Notes under the pieces: generated by a model
Told to the model about the DNA's origin: nothing
The model's database searches: none
The model's input: the letters and a program-made list of their open reading frames with translations, nothing else
Part shown: positions 36,493 through 49,500 of the stretch, one piece after another
How the letters are laid out: each line of letters starts with the position of its first letter
Position numbering within the stretch: the stretch's first letter is position 1
Position numbers and translations under genes: made by a program
Source: Octopus sinensis
Taxonomy: Eukaryota
Length of the DNA: 64,000 nucleotides
Direction of reading: 5' to 3'
Assembly (NCBI RefSeq): GCF_006345805.1
Contig: NC_042997.1
Coordinates: 202,678,001-202,742,000, forward strand

Positions 36493-39400
36493 ATTCAAAA
36501 CTGTGAATAAATAAGCATTACATTTGACAGAGTTATGAGAATGCAAAAGGGTTGAAAACTCTTTGCAATTTCATCAAAATATTTGGAATTCCACCATTAG
36601 AAATATCTTCAGACTCTTACCTTCTTCCATCACATTAACCAAACCATTGTGAAAGAACATACAAAATAGAATTGAAAATGAAATTCAGACTGAATTTTAT
36701 CTAAGATACTTGAATTTTATAAATTCTTAGTTTTGTAGGAAATTTAAGTAATTATCTTTGCTAACACATTGCATTGATCTCATGAATTCTTTTAATTTCA
36801 TATTTCGTTAATAATTATAATTAAAACTATGATTATTACTGGTGTCACTCTTGTTATTTTCCTTCCCAAAATAACATTAAGCAGATGATCAAACCTTTCA
36901 AATGGTTGCTCAGCAGATGGTGCCCAAGCTTTAAACCATTCTTTTATTTTCATTATTTAAAAAAAAATATTTGTCTTAAAATTTTTTTTTTTATTTTGTC
37001 TTGATTAAAATTAAATAATATAGGAGTAAATTGCATAATGAAATGTCTTTAAAACAATCATTTTCAAAAATAAATTTGTGTGTAAATGTGTATGTGTGTG
37101 TGTGTGTGTGTGTTTGTGCATGTATTAGTATGTGTATGTTTATGTATATGTGCAGGTGTGTGTGTGTGTGTGTATTCATGCATGCGTGTGTTTGTGTTTG
37201 TGTGTGTATGAGTGTGTAGGAGTGTGTATATCTGTGCATGTGTGTGTTTGTATGTCTGTTTGTGTGTGTGTGTGTGCATGTGCATATGTGCATGTGCATA
37301 TGTGTATGTGTGTGCATGTGTGTGTGTGTGTGAGTGTGTGCGTGTGTGAGTGTGTGTGTGTGCATGTGTGTGCATGCATATATGTGTTGTTAGGTGCATT
37401 GATGAGCTGATTAAAGTCCTGTTTCAGGAAATAATGCAAATAATAATTATTGATTGATTGCTAAATTGAGCTATTTCGGAATACTTTATCCAAATTTTAA
37501 AATGATGCCTAGAAATATTTATTTGACTCTCCCCACTCCTCAACTAATCTTATTCAATTAAACTAGATAATAATTTCAATTAGATAAGCTAGAACATCAT
37601 CATCATCATCATCATCATCATCTTCCATGCTTCCATGCTGGCCTGAGTGGAATGGTTTGATAGGAGCTAGCCTGCACCAGACTTCTGTGACTGTTTTGGT
37701 AGGGTTTTTACAGCTGGATGCCCTTACTAACACCAATCACCCAGCAGAATGGACTTAATGTGTTTTATGTGCCACAAACACAGGTGAGGTCAGTTTTGGT
37801 AAGGTTTTTACTGCTGGATGCCCTTGCAAATGCCAACCACATTACAGTGTGGATTGGATGCTTTTTACATGGCACTTGCACTGACAGGGTCATCAAGTAC
37901 TTGCAAGACAAAGAAAAAAAACTTTTAAGATGGGAGTGGGCATTGGAGGAGGTGATCTTGTGTCGGAGGATGAAAGGTTATAGTTGGACAGAGGGACAGA
38001 AGTAGGTGTCTTGCAGTAGAGGAGGTACAAGGTTACCCAGCTGGAGAAAGAGAAAGATCAGGAATGAAAACAGAAACAGGTGCACAACTGCAAAGGAAAT
38101 ACATGGTTACCCAACTTGAGGGAAGTGCAGGAGGAGAGAGAGAGTGGGAGACAGTAGGATAGAGATTGTGGCATACTCACAAGGGACAGGGATCAGAATA
38201 TAAATGGGATGGTTGAGTAAAGGCAGAGAGAGATATAGATGGTGGGCAAGTGCCAGGGCATACCCTTGAGGTTCAAACGTCATGTTATAAGTGGCAGGAT
38301 ATTGACAAACATGCATGATTAGGGAGTGCAGACGGGAAGTGAGTGGTGAAGACCTGGGTATATATAGAGTGGGGGTCTACCAGATAACAGTGATACAGTG
38401 AGACAGGGCCAAGAGGACAGGATTGTTATAATCTTGTGCATGTGCATAACTCAAAATCTTGATGTGCTAGAACAATTCTGAGTGCGGATTCGGGTTCAGC
38501 ATCCTTGATTTAGTCTAAACTATATGCTTTTAATCTGGTAGCAAAATCTTTGTTGTCCAGATTGCCTATAATACATAATAGGATGCATAATTATTTAGGA
38601 TGCATAATTATTCGCATGTAGTTTGGTTCATGATCCATCTTTTCTGTCCAGGAAAATATTGTATATAATGATAGAGCGGCTAACTGGCTTCCATGCCAGT
38701 GGCACATAAAAGGCGCCATTCAAGCGTGATCGTTACCAGTGTCACCTTACTGGCACTTGAATCCCATGCTAGTAGGGTGCTAAGAGCACCATCCGAGCGT
38801 GATCGTTGCCAGAGCGGCTAACTGGCTTCCGTGCTGGTGACACATAAAAGGCACCATTCGAGCGTGATCATTACCAGTATCGCCTTACTGGCACATGTAA
38901 AAAGATTTGAACGAGGTCGTTGCCAGTACCGCATGACTGGCACCCGTGCTGGTGGGATGTAAAAGCACCCACTACCCTCTCGGAGTGGTTGGCGTTAGGA
39001 AGGGGATCCAGCTGTAGAAACTCTGCCAGATCAAGATTGGAGTCTGGTGCAGCCATCTGGTTCGCCAACCCTCAGTCAAATCGTCCAACCCATGCTAGCA
39101 TGGAAAGCAGACGTTAAACGATGATGATGATGATGAATGACAAGGTGTTTATTTTTGCCTCGTACTTATAGTGTTGACTAAAACCTATAGATACATTCTG
39201 TAGTACAATGTAACATTAAAAGAAAACACTGTTAACACATTTTTTTAGGGATTATGGTTGCTATATTCAGCAGGTCTAGTGACCATAAAAGGCCTTTTTC
39301 ATTAGTTTACTAGAATCCTTTGCTAGGTGGGTTGATAGATAAATGGGTAGATGATAAAATGAGTGAGAGTATCAAAAATATGTTGTGGCATTTTATGAGG

Positions 39401-39987
39401 TCCTATTATGTTCTAAGTTCAAATCTTGCTGAGATCAAATTTATCTTTTATCATTCCAGGGACAATAAGGTAAGTACCATTCAAATTACTTGAATATTTC
39501 AGTAGAATAGGCAGATAACTGGCTCAAAATTAACTTGTATTCATTTATGGTATAGTTAGTTCGTTAGCTCAATCCATTATAAATGATAATCAAATACAAC
39601 CATTAGAATTTTAATGAGGAAGAGATACTCTGTGGAACTGATTTGCTTGACCTGCTAGAAATAACAACCAAATTTCCCTCAAATCACAATCTATCTTTTA
39701 TAAAATAGAAATGACTCACTGGTTATAGTCATGCTAGATATATTGTGTCTGGACACAAAGATAGGAGAATTGGTTTGTGTTTGAATGCGATTGCTCATAG
39801 ACTTATTGAACCAGGTTGACTTGAGACTAAGCAACAACAATAACAACAGCTATAATTCTAAGAAGGTGCTCTTTAAAAAAAACACATGTTCAGGTATATA
39901 TTATCTCACTCTCTCTCTCTTTCTCTCTGTATCTCTCTCCCTGTCAATGTATTGGTTAGTCTTTCTCTGTTTCTTTATCTGTCAATC

Positions 39988-40024
<37 letters not shown>

Positions 40025-40103
40025 AATCTGTCTACATCTCCTTTATACATAAGTGCACACTGTTTACACATATGCATACACACACACACACACACAAACA
40101 CAT

Positions 40104-40135
<32 letters not shown>

Positions 40136-41989
40136 TCACATGCAATCTGGCATAATCCAATCTCAGTATAATAATGTAGTCTCTATCAACATACAGCATG
40201 TCTTTGTGTCTATGTATGCACTGTTTTCTCTTTCCAACAATTTCCCCCAGCATATTTCATTTAAACCGTATTCCATGTCTTAATAATAAGTCACCTTCAC
40301 TCTGGTTAGCACTTTTATAACCTCCAAATTTATATAACAACAACAACACTAACAAAATAACACGAATATACTGTATACTACAACAATATGCAATCTTTGT
40401 GTTTTAATGTTAAAAAATAATCAAGAATTATGAAAGGCTCAGCAAAATATCTTCAACCAAATTTCAACTTAATAAAAGACATGTTTACCAATTGAAATCT
40501 AATATTATCTTTCATGTAATAATGAAATTTTTGCCTGAAATTTGAAATTAAATTTCTGTGCTTTATTAGAAGTGGCTCTCGGCAACTTGATGTACAAAGT
40601 GTTATTTCTTTACTTTTTTCTTTCTTTATTTATTTAATAAATGTTAGTGTCCATGTAAAGCTGATATTCCATGATTGATTATGGAAAATGTATAATAAAC
40701 CTTATGTAAAAGAATAAACTAAACCAAAAAAAAAAAAGATATTAACTAGAAAGAAGAAAGAAAGAAGAGGAAGAAATATAGATAAAGAACAGTTAAATGT
40801 GTCTGTTGTTTAAATCTTTTTTTATGCCCTCATATGTTGGAAGATCTTGCTTACGGCTGAAGGATCCTTGATTAAAAATGACACCTCCAGCCTTGGTAGT
40901 CTTTTTAAAATCATTTTCAAAAATGCCCTCCCTACATCTCTCTCTCTCTCTCTCTGAATGCTAATTTTTATATTAGAACAAATATTGCCATAAAGTTTCT
41001 CAGTAGTTTGCCACAAGAGTATAAATGGTGATTCTATATGACTTCGTCCATTAAAAAATATAATTAAAAGAAACATAACCATCGCAAAGCCAACAAAGTC
41101 TCTGCTTAAAGTACAAATACAATATTATCTTCATCATTGACTCTCAAAAGAGGAGACACAATGATGACACAACTGGGTTTGAAGTAGGATTTTTATCATC
41201 ATCATCATCATCATCATCATCATTTTACATCAGCTTCCTATGCTGGTATCAGCTGAGTGTGTTGTCATAGTCCCAATTGCCTCTCTCTTTAGGAGCTACC
41301 CCGCCTCCCAAAGAAGTGGTGCTCATACACGTCACTTAGTTTGTGCTCTATAGCTGGATGCCCTCCCTAATGCCAACCACTTTACAAAATGTGTTGGGTA
41401 CATTTTGAGGCATCAACACCAGAGAAACTGAATAGTTCTTGGTGAGACAGGATCAGAGAAACCTTATAACCTTACACTTTCTCTGCTTCTTCAGCCAACC
41501 ATTTTACAGTGTGAACTGTAGGTGGAAGGTATCTTGAAATCCCACCAAGGTTTCTGAACAGTTTCCACAATACAATCTGTTCATGATAAAATATTCTTTT
41601 CTGCTCTAGGCACAAGGCCCGAAATTTTGGTGAAAACTGGAAAGAAAGAGTATAGTACCAACAATAAGCTGGCACTAAATTACACTATGGTAGACTAAAG
41701 CAATGTGAAATGAAGTGCCTTGCTCAAGAATACTATGTACCACTCAGTTATGGAATTGAAACCACAAATTTATGATTGTGAGGGCCAACAGCCAACCACT
41801 CAGCCACATGGTTTACATGGGTACCCCACCCTATCCCATTCCTTTATTGAGCACTCTTTGAAAATGTTATGAAAGCAGTGTTTAGTTGGTTTTCTTTTTT
41901 CGTTTTTTCATTTTTGTTATTGGGTTTAAATGCTTATCTATATTGTCTGAAGCCAAATACATACATTGACAGAAAAAATAGATATGAGG

Positions 41990-42160
41990 GACAAATTGAT
42001 AAATAGATATACAGGTGGGTCAGTAGATAAACAGGCAGGTAGGCAGGTAGGCAGACGGACAGACAGATAGGCAGACAAACAGGCAGACAGACAGACAGCT
42101 AGGCGGACAAACAGGCAGACGGACAGATAGATGGACAGACAGACATGCAGGCAGACAGGT

Positions 42161-42191
<31 letters not shown>

Positions 42192-42456
42192 TAGACGGAC
42201 AGACAGACAGGCAGACGGACAAACAGGCAGACGGACAGAGAGACAGACAGACAGACGGAAAAACAGACAGGCAGACAGACCGATAGACGGACAGACAGAT
42301 AGACAGACAGACAGGCAGACAGACGTACAGACACGCAGGCGTGCAGACAGACAGATGTATAGACAGACATGCAGACAGACAGGCAGACGTACAGACAGGC
42401 AGACAGGTAGACGTACAGGCAGACGTACAGTCAGACAGACGTACAGACAGACAGGC

Positions 42457-42491
<35 letters not shown>

Positions 42492-42520
42492 TAGATAGAT
42501 AGTTAGATAGATAGATAGAT
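41990..42520. repeat. (GACA/GGCA/GATA)n tetranucleotide array
   Basis: Directly visible. Confidence 0.95.
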
Positions 42521-43268
42521 GAACTCAAATGAAATTTAAAAAATGAAGATAATCTTGATTGCAAATAACTTGGACTGAACCATGTAACTCGTAAGTATAA
42601 TGGGGATGTTGATGGTGGTAGTGTAAGGATATTGGTTAAAGGTGGTGGTAAAATGGGGCATTTAAAAATTTTTTATAGCGTCCATGACTTTACGCATGCG
42701 CTTTAGTACAATAAATTATCGTCTGCTCAATCAAAACTTTTATTTTTTTATAAAAGATGGACACCAACAGACGACATCAGTGGAACGGGAAGAATAAAAG
42801 TTTTAGGGTAAGATGTTTTTATAGATTTATTTTAATAACCATATTGAGATTTCTCAAAACTTTACCAACGTACTGTAGCAGAATAATATTATAGATAATG
42901 TCTATGGTTTTATTCCATAGTTTAAATTGTTTACTTCTTTGCATAAAGGGGAAAATTATAGATAACAACTCACTAAGAAGACAGAATATAACTTTCAGAA
43001 ATGTTGTTTCTTGAGATTCTACCAAAGGGAAATGTTTAATCATTTCAAGAACCCAATGTTTCAAAACAATTTCATCTTACAGTTTTCAAAGTAACCGAGA
43101 AATTTCCACGGTTACTGCTATTTAAGTATAAATGTTTTTAGTTCAATCAACATTCGTTGAAGTTTTAAAAATTATAGCTCTTGATTTTAATTTCAAGGCC
43201 GGCAGTTTTGAAGAGAGGGAGTTGGTTAATGCCATTAACCCAAGTACATGACTGGTACTATATTTCAT

Positions 43269-43698
43269 CCGACGTCTGGCAGCTGACTTGGCAGACACCC
43301 ATAAAATTATTAACCATCTTACAAACAATAACTCTGAGCACCTTTTCAAACTCCACCTGTCTAACACCCGTGGACATGTTTACAAAGTCAGAAAACAGCA
43401 CAGCTCCTTCCATGACTTTCGGAAACATTTTTTTCACGCTGAGAGCTGCTGAAGCATGGAACAAACTGCCGGCATCAGTTGCTAGTTGTCGGAGCACTGC
43501 ATCCTTCAAAACTTCCATGCTTCCTGAGATTCGCCAACACTACACCTGATTTTCTCCCCTCCATACACACGCAAGCATGTATCTGACTCATACATTGTTC
43601 ACTTCCCAGACATTTGTACATTACTGCAGATGCTTTATACGCACTTTTGACAAGTTGTGGTGCACCTGAGCACTGTATACAATAATTTTATTATTATT
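43269..43698 (+). mobile_element. CR1-type LINE 3' end nested inside a SINE
   Basis: RRLAADLADTHKII...TRGHVYKVRK...FRKHFFTLRAAEAWNKLPASV...FK*; the SINE sequence resumes (atcgacc) after the (ATT)n tail. Confidence 0.88.
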
Positions 43699-44539
43699 AT
43701 CGACCTGGGAGAGACGGAAGGCTAAGCTGACCTCACCGGGATTTGAACTCAGAACGAAAAATAGCCAGAAGAAATACTTATTTCTTTATTACCCACAAGG
43801 GGCTAAACACAGAGGGGACAAACAAGGACAGACAAACGGATCAAGTCGATTACATCGACTCCAGTGCGTAACTGGTACTTTATTTATCGACCCCGAAAGG
43901 ATGAAAGGCAAAGTCGACCTCGGCGGAATTTGAACTCACAACGTAACGCAGACGAAATACCGCTAAGCATTTCGCCCGGCGTGCTAACATTTCTGCCAGC
44001 TCGCCGCAGAAATACCGCAAAACATTTTTTCAACTTTGGTTGAGAAAAGTCTAAAAAATAATAATTAATAGGATATCTAGCAATCATCTGTCTGGTCGTT
44101 TCAACTCTATGAATACCGTGTGTTACTTTTTACGTGTTCAAATGATTATAAAGAGTCCATTGCCGGTGTGTCCTCACACTTGCAAATGTGTAATGTAAGT
44201 CTGTTTAATCTAGGAAGACCTAAATACTAATCCATTAGTAGCCTTCTGTTGCACCCGTTTCAAAAATCAATAAATATCGAAGATTATTCAGCATTCATTG
44301 CATTTACATAATAAATAGATAACAATGAACAGACAATGCAGGAGTGTAGGGGTTATGATCAAAGTTTAGGGGTTAGACGACGTTCAATGAGGCACACGAA
44401 ACTGTTTTAATAGAATCGAATATCGATCAAGACAGTTAACGAAAAATTATTCTGCTGAAAGATACTCTCGTAAAATTTCATGTTTATAATGAGCTGCCTT
44501 ACTTTAATCGTTTGTATACACACCACACACACACACACA

Positions 44540-44571
<32 letters not shown>

Positions 44572-44577
44572 ATACAC

Positions 44578-44625
<48 letters not shown>

Positions 44626-44689
44626 ACGAACAAGCGCGTGCATGTACACAGAGAGACTGGTACACAGACAGACGGACGGTCGGATGGAT

Positions 44690-44703
44690 AGATAGATAGA
44701 TAA

Positions 44704-44767
<64 letters not shown>

Positions 44768-44771
44768 GCAA

Positions 44772-44828
<57 letters not shown>

Positions 44829-44881
44829 CAGGCAAACAGATAGGTAGATAGATAGATAGATAGGTAGATAGATAGATAGAT

Positions 44882-44913
<32 letters not shown>

Positions 44914-44917
44914 GCAA

Positions 44918-44962
<45 letters not shown>

Positions 44963-44993
44963 CGGACGGTCGGATGGATAGATAGATAGATAA

Positions 44994-45037
<44 letters not shown>

Positions 45038-45122
45038 GCAAATAGATAGATAGATAGATAGATAGACAGGCAAACAGATAGGTAGATAGATAGGTAGATA
45101 GATAGATAGATAGATAGATAGG

Positions 45123-45166
<44 letters not shown>

Positions 45167-45182
45167 CAGGCAAACAGATAGG

Positions 45183-45231
<49 letters not shown>

Positions 45232-45235
45232 TAGA
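44690..45235. repeat. (GATA)n array with higher-order variant blocks
   Basis: Directly visible. Confidence 0.95.
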
Positions 45236-45389
45236 CAGTCTTAACTGCGATTCACCTTGAACGGAGTGACTCATCAAATTATTTCTAGTAAGCAAACTTT
45301 GCAATACACAGTACAGCAAACTGTCTTTCGTTTGTCAACAAAATCCTATATATAATTATATACAAGTAAATGGTGCTACCGATCTGGTA

Positions 45390-45461
45390 GCCGTGATCGT
45401 CTAGTGGTTAGGACCCCACGTTGTGGCCGTGGTAACCCAGGTTCGAATCCTGGTCACGGCA
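45390..45461 (+). tRNA. tRNA-His-GTG: tRNA-His (anticodon GTG at 45423-45425)
   Basis: Complete cloverleaf: GCCGTGA/TCACGGC acceptor stem, CCACG/CGTGG anticodon stem, CCAGG-TTCGAAT-CCTGG T-arm, intact A and B boxes; G-1 not encoded, as usual in eukaryotes. Confidence 0.97.
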
Positions 45462-45463
45462 GG

Positions 45464-45476
45464 TTTTTTTTTTTTT
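45464..45476 (+). terminator. Pol III T-run terminator of tRNA-His
   Basis: T13 run starting 2 nt after the discriminator base. Confidence 0.85.
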
Positions 45477-45798
45477 AAATGATTATGTTTGGCTGGTAAT
45501 CATTTAAATATTACTTTTTTTCTTTTCTTCTTCTTTCTCTCTTTCTCTCCCCATCTTTCTACATCACTTTTTATGGGTTATGTGACTTCAAATGGGATAT
45601 GTTGAAGGAAAGATAGGAAGGAGGAAAGAAAAAAAACAGACAAATAGATGGACAGATAGACAGACAGATAAATAGATAGATAGTTAGATAGATATATAGA
45701 TATATAGATAGATAGATGGAGACAGACAGACACACACACACACACAGACAGACACACACACCGACAGACAGACAGACAGACAAATAGATAGATGGATG

Positions 45799-45831
<33 letters not shown>

Positions 45832-46842
45832 GAAAGAAGGGTATCTGGCTGCAGATAATCTGCCCCAATGTACTCTGTCCAATCAATACAAGCATGAAAA
45901 AGTAGGCTTAAAATGATAATGATGATGATGATGATGAAAATTGTTTCTGTTTAGTCCAGGTAATCTTTGGTTGAGTAAACCTCTGATCAGAGACGTTCCA
46001 GCTTGATCATCATCCCATCTTTCTGCATGTGTAGGATTACATTGTTCAATGTGTCCTTCTCGTTCTTTTGAAGATGCTATGTTGTGATAAAAGGTGCTTG
46101 GTTCTTATTTCTAGTTGTTTGAATGACTTATTAGAAGCTTCCCATGTTTGTTAAATAAATGGAACTGCAGTCAGCCGATGGACTAAATGCTGAGCAGGTT
46201 AATCTCTGTGCCATATGCTTGCTTAGTTGGGGAGTGTTGAATTGAATTGCACAATGTCAATGCCATTACCGCCCTGCTATCTCCACCGTTACCACAACCA
46301 CTACCATCCCCAACAACACCATCAACAACAAATAAACAAGCAAACAACGACAACAAACAACAATACAGCAATAACCACCATTTGGCACCAGCACCACTAC
46401 TACCATCACTAAAACCACCAACATCACAACAAAAACCAACAATATCACCTCCAGCATCACAACCATTGCCAATAATCAGAGTACCACCACCACCACTACC
46501 ACCACTGCTAATACCACAACTACTTCAACCACTACCGTCAGCATCATGACCACTACCACCACCATTTGCTGCAACAAGGTAGCTTCTACATGGTTGCTCA
46601 ACTGGCTTGACAGAGCAGCCAAATCTCACCTCAAATAACACTACTATGTCTTATATAGGAAAGGATCTGTTGGGTAATGCAGTTTAAGAAATTTCACTTA
46701 GAATGACAGGATGGTCACAACAAGAATCGCTTTGATCATTGGTCTGCATGATCAAGATTGATTTGTCGTTAATCAGCAAAAGCTGCCACTACTACTACTA
46801 CTACTACCACCACCACCACCACCACCACCACCACCACCACCA

Positions 46843-46926
<84 letters not shown>

Positions 46927-46985
46927 CACTGCTGCTGCTGCTACTACTACTACAACTGCTGCTGCTACTGCTGCTACTACTACTA

Positions 46986-47016
<31 letters not shown>

Positions 47017-47400
47017 CACCGCAGCTATCACCGCTGTCACCACTGCCACCACAACCACTACTATTACAACTTATCTGTCTGTCAATCTGTCTATCTATCT
47101 GTTGAGATTAACTCTTTACTACTATTATTAACACAAAGAATCACTAGTGAGAAAGTTATGAGATAAATTACATTTTACAATAGACTTAGCTCTTGTACTT
47201 CACTTAGTTTTTGGAGTTTTTCCGACACAAAAAATACATGAATTGAGTGAACTTCAAACAGCAGAAAGATTTTTAAAAAATAATAAACAAAAAGATCCCA
47301 AATACAATGTAAAAAGGTACCAAATTGGCAAAATGTTCAAAGGATAAATTGATGAAAATGTCTGCGGTATGATAGAAAAAGATGTGTGTGTGTGTGTGTA

Positions 47401-47431
<31 letters not shown>

Positions 47432-48949
47432 ATCTGTGTGAGTGTATGTATATGTATATATATATATATGTACGTATATATGCACACAAATTTCTTCACA
47501 CAGACATACACAAGCATATATATATATATGTATATATGTACATACAGAAGAAAGAAAATTGATTGCATGTCACTTTGATTTATTAGATACTAGATATACA
47601 TTAATGTTTTAAAGCAAAGAACTCAAAACATGAAACATCTTGTAGGACAGGCGGCATATTTGGTTATCTTTGATGTTTTTTGAAAATTCTAAAAGTATTG
47701 AAGGATTGTTGATTATCTCAAAGTATAATAAAGAAAAACTTATTAATTTTTGGAGCAAATTTCAGGCCAATTTTGTACAAAAGATTTCAGTAAGTTATTT
47801 GTGTATTAATTATTATAAAAACTAAAACAAATGTAATTGATACTGATTCTATTTGCAGCACAGGAACAAAGTTGTAATAGCATCATCATCATCATCTGTC
47901 ATCACTGTCATCATCATTGTCAATCAAATTCAGTCATAAAGCTTTGATTAGCCCAAGGCTCTAGTAGAAGGCATTTGCTCAAGGCACCATGATGTGGAAC
48001 TGAACCCAAAACAACATGGTTAAGAAGTGAACTTCTTAACCACACGGACATGCTTACACCTATTTATGCTTATACCCATAGTTATAAAAGTAAAAAAAAA
48101 ATTAATATTATTTTCATATCAGTAATCCAATCTGCTTCCCATGCTACAATGTGAATAAATTATTTACCCCAACACAAGGTGTCCACACCTCACTTGGGTC
48201 TTATTAAACAACTTGTACTGGTTAAAAATTTAGTGAAATCAGCTGAGTCTACATCCTCAACTACTTTTACCAAAATATCTAAATTAATGCATAAAGTATC
48301 ATGAACTGTTATTCATGAGTACAAAATACCAAACTAGAATCAAAACAAGAACTTTTATTTCTGAACTAAGGGTAGCAATAACATATTCACTTGTTCACTA
48401 ATGTATATTACAACATTAGATTATTTATTTTAATCTTTTACTAAAGGCAACCATTTGAGTTAATTTTGATACTAGACTAACTAATTGGGGTGTAAAGTTA
48501 GCATTATATTTAGTTTTGCTTTGAAATTTTTCTAAGTACCCTCTGTGGTTCTCTACCAATTATGGAAATTTCATTCCATAGCACTTAATGATTTCCTTTT
48601 TCACACCAGATGTTTAACCAATCCTGATTTGGACATTTCTTTTCTCATTAAAGCTGCCCAATGTTCTATTCTATATTTAGAGGCCATCCAGTTCTTCTTT
48701 TGTGATAAATTCTGTACATACACACTATATTATAGAGTTTTAATTTCTAGCCACTTATGGATAGTTACTGTTGTGAGTAACTCCATAATATGATGTTCCT
48801 TTTGGGCACATTTTAGATGTTACACATGTAGCAGGTTCTCTGAATTTTCTTAGACAAAATGCGAGAAGTAAAATAGAGACAAAGTGGAGTTTAGCTTAAC
48901 ATTTTACTTTGTGTTTGAGACAAGATGAGCCATGTATGTTTTACATGAT

Positions 48950-49500
48950 TAATTTCTACTTTTTAATCTGATACATTAATCCAGATATTTTTGCCTAATA
49001 TTGCAGACATTTGACAGTTCCTTTCTAAACACTGTATACATGATGAGACTCAAAGTTCAAGTAGAGACTAGTGGTAGATGGCTTTCTTTATACTAATGTT
49101 CCATCACTTGATTCTGTCCTTTGCCATTCTAGAGTGAAGAAAATTGAAGTTTTTGTAAGTTTTTTAATGCAATAAATAAGAACTTAAACATTCTCTTAGT
49201 GGTGACAGAGTATAAATGCATCCTTCATGTATCTTAAGCTGTAGATCTTAGTGTTACATCTTTTAGAGTCATGTGTTAGCCATGATTGGTGCTAATGGTG
49301 ATCCTATAGCCATACCTTCCAATTGATGATATATCACTTTTACAGAAAGATATCTATAGTAACCTAAAATTATGTGTGTCTGTGGTCTACAGATAAAAAC
49401 ATTAATACCCTTAGTTTGGAAATAAAAGTTCCTAATTGAATCTAAGTTTAGTGCTATATATACATCCAGGAATTGGACATCAAATGACGATCAGATATCA
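48950..49500 (-). mobile_element. Degenerate Penelope-like RT fragment
   Basis: SFDV..., YHQLEGMAIGSPLAPIMAN, RYMKDAF (eroded RYVDD), RKPSTTSLYLNFESHH...KGTVKCL. Confidence 0.75.

Noticed and set aside
41938-45895. LSIY/LSVC repeat ORFs up to 271 aa
   Set aside because: Antisense of GATA/GACA tetranucleotide arrays
46247-47131. Mucin-like poly-T/P/H ORFs
   Set aside because: CAC/TAC/GCT trinucleotide arrays without splice signals or unique coding sequence
47646-47789. Possible plus-strand exon DRRHIWLSLMFF...VQKIS with a GTAAGT donor
   Set aside because: Weak acceptor, very AT-rich, frame depends on a T-run, and no supporting neighbours
48545-48793. 82-aa plus-strand ORF
   Set aside because: Lies just beyond the mapped end of the antisense Penelope-like fragment and is probably part of the same decayed element
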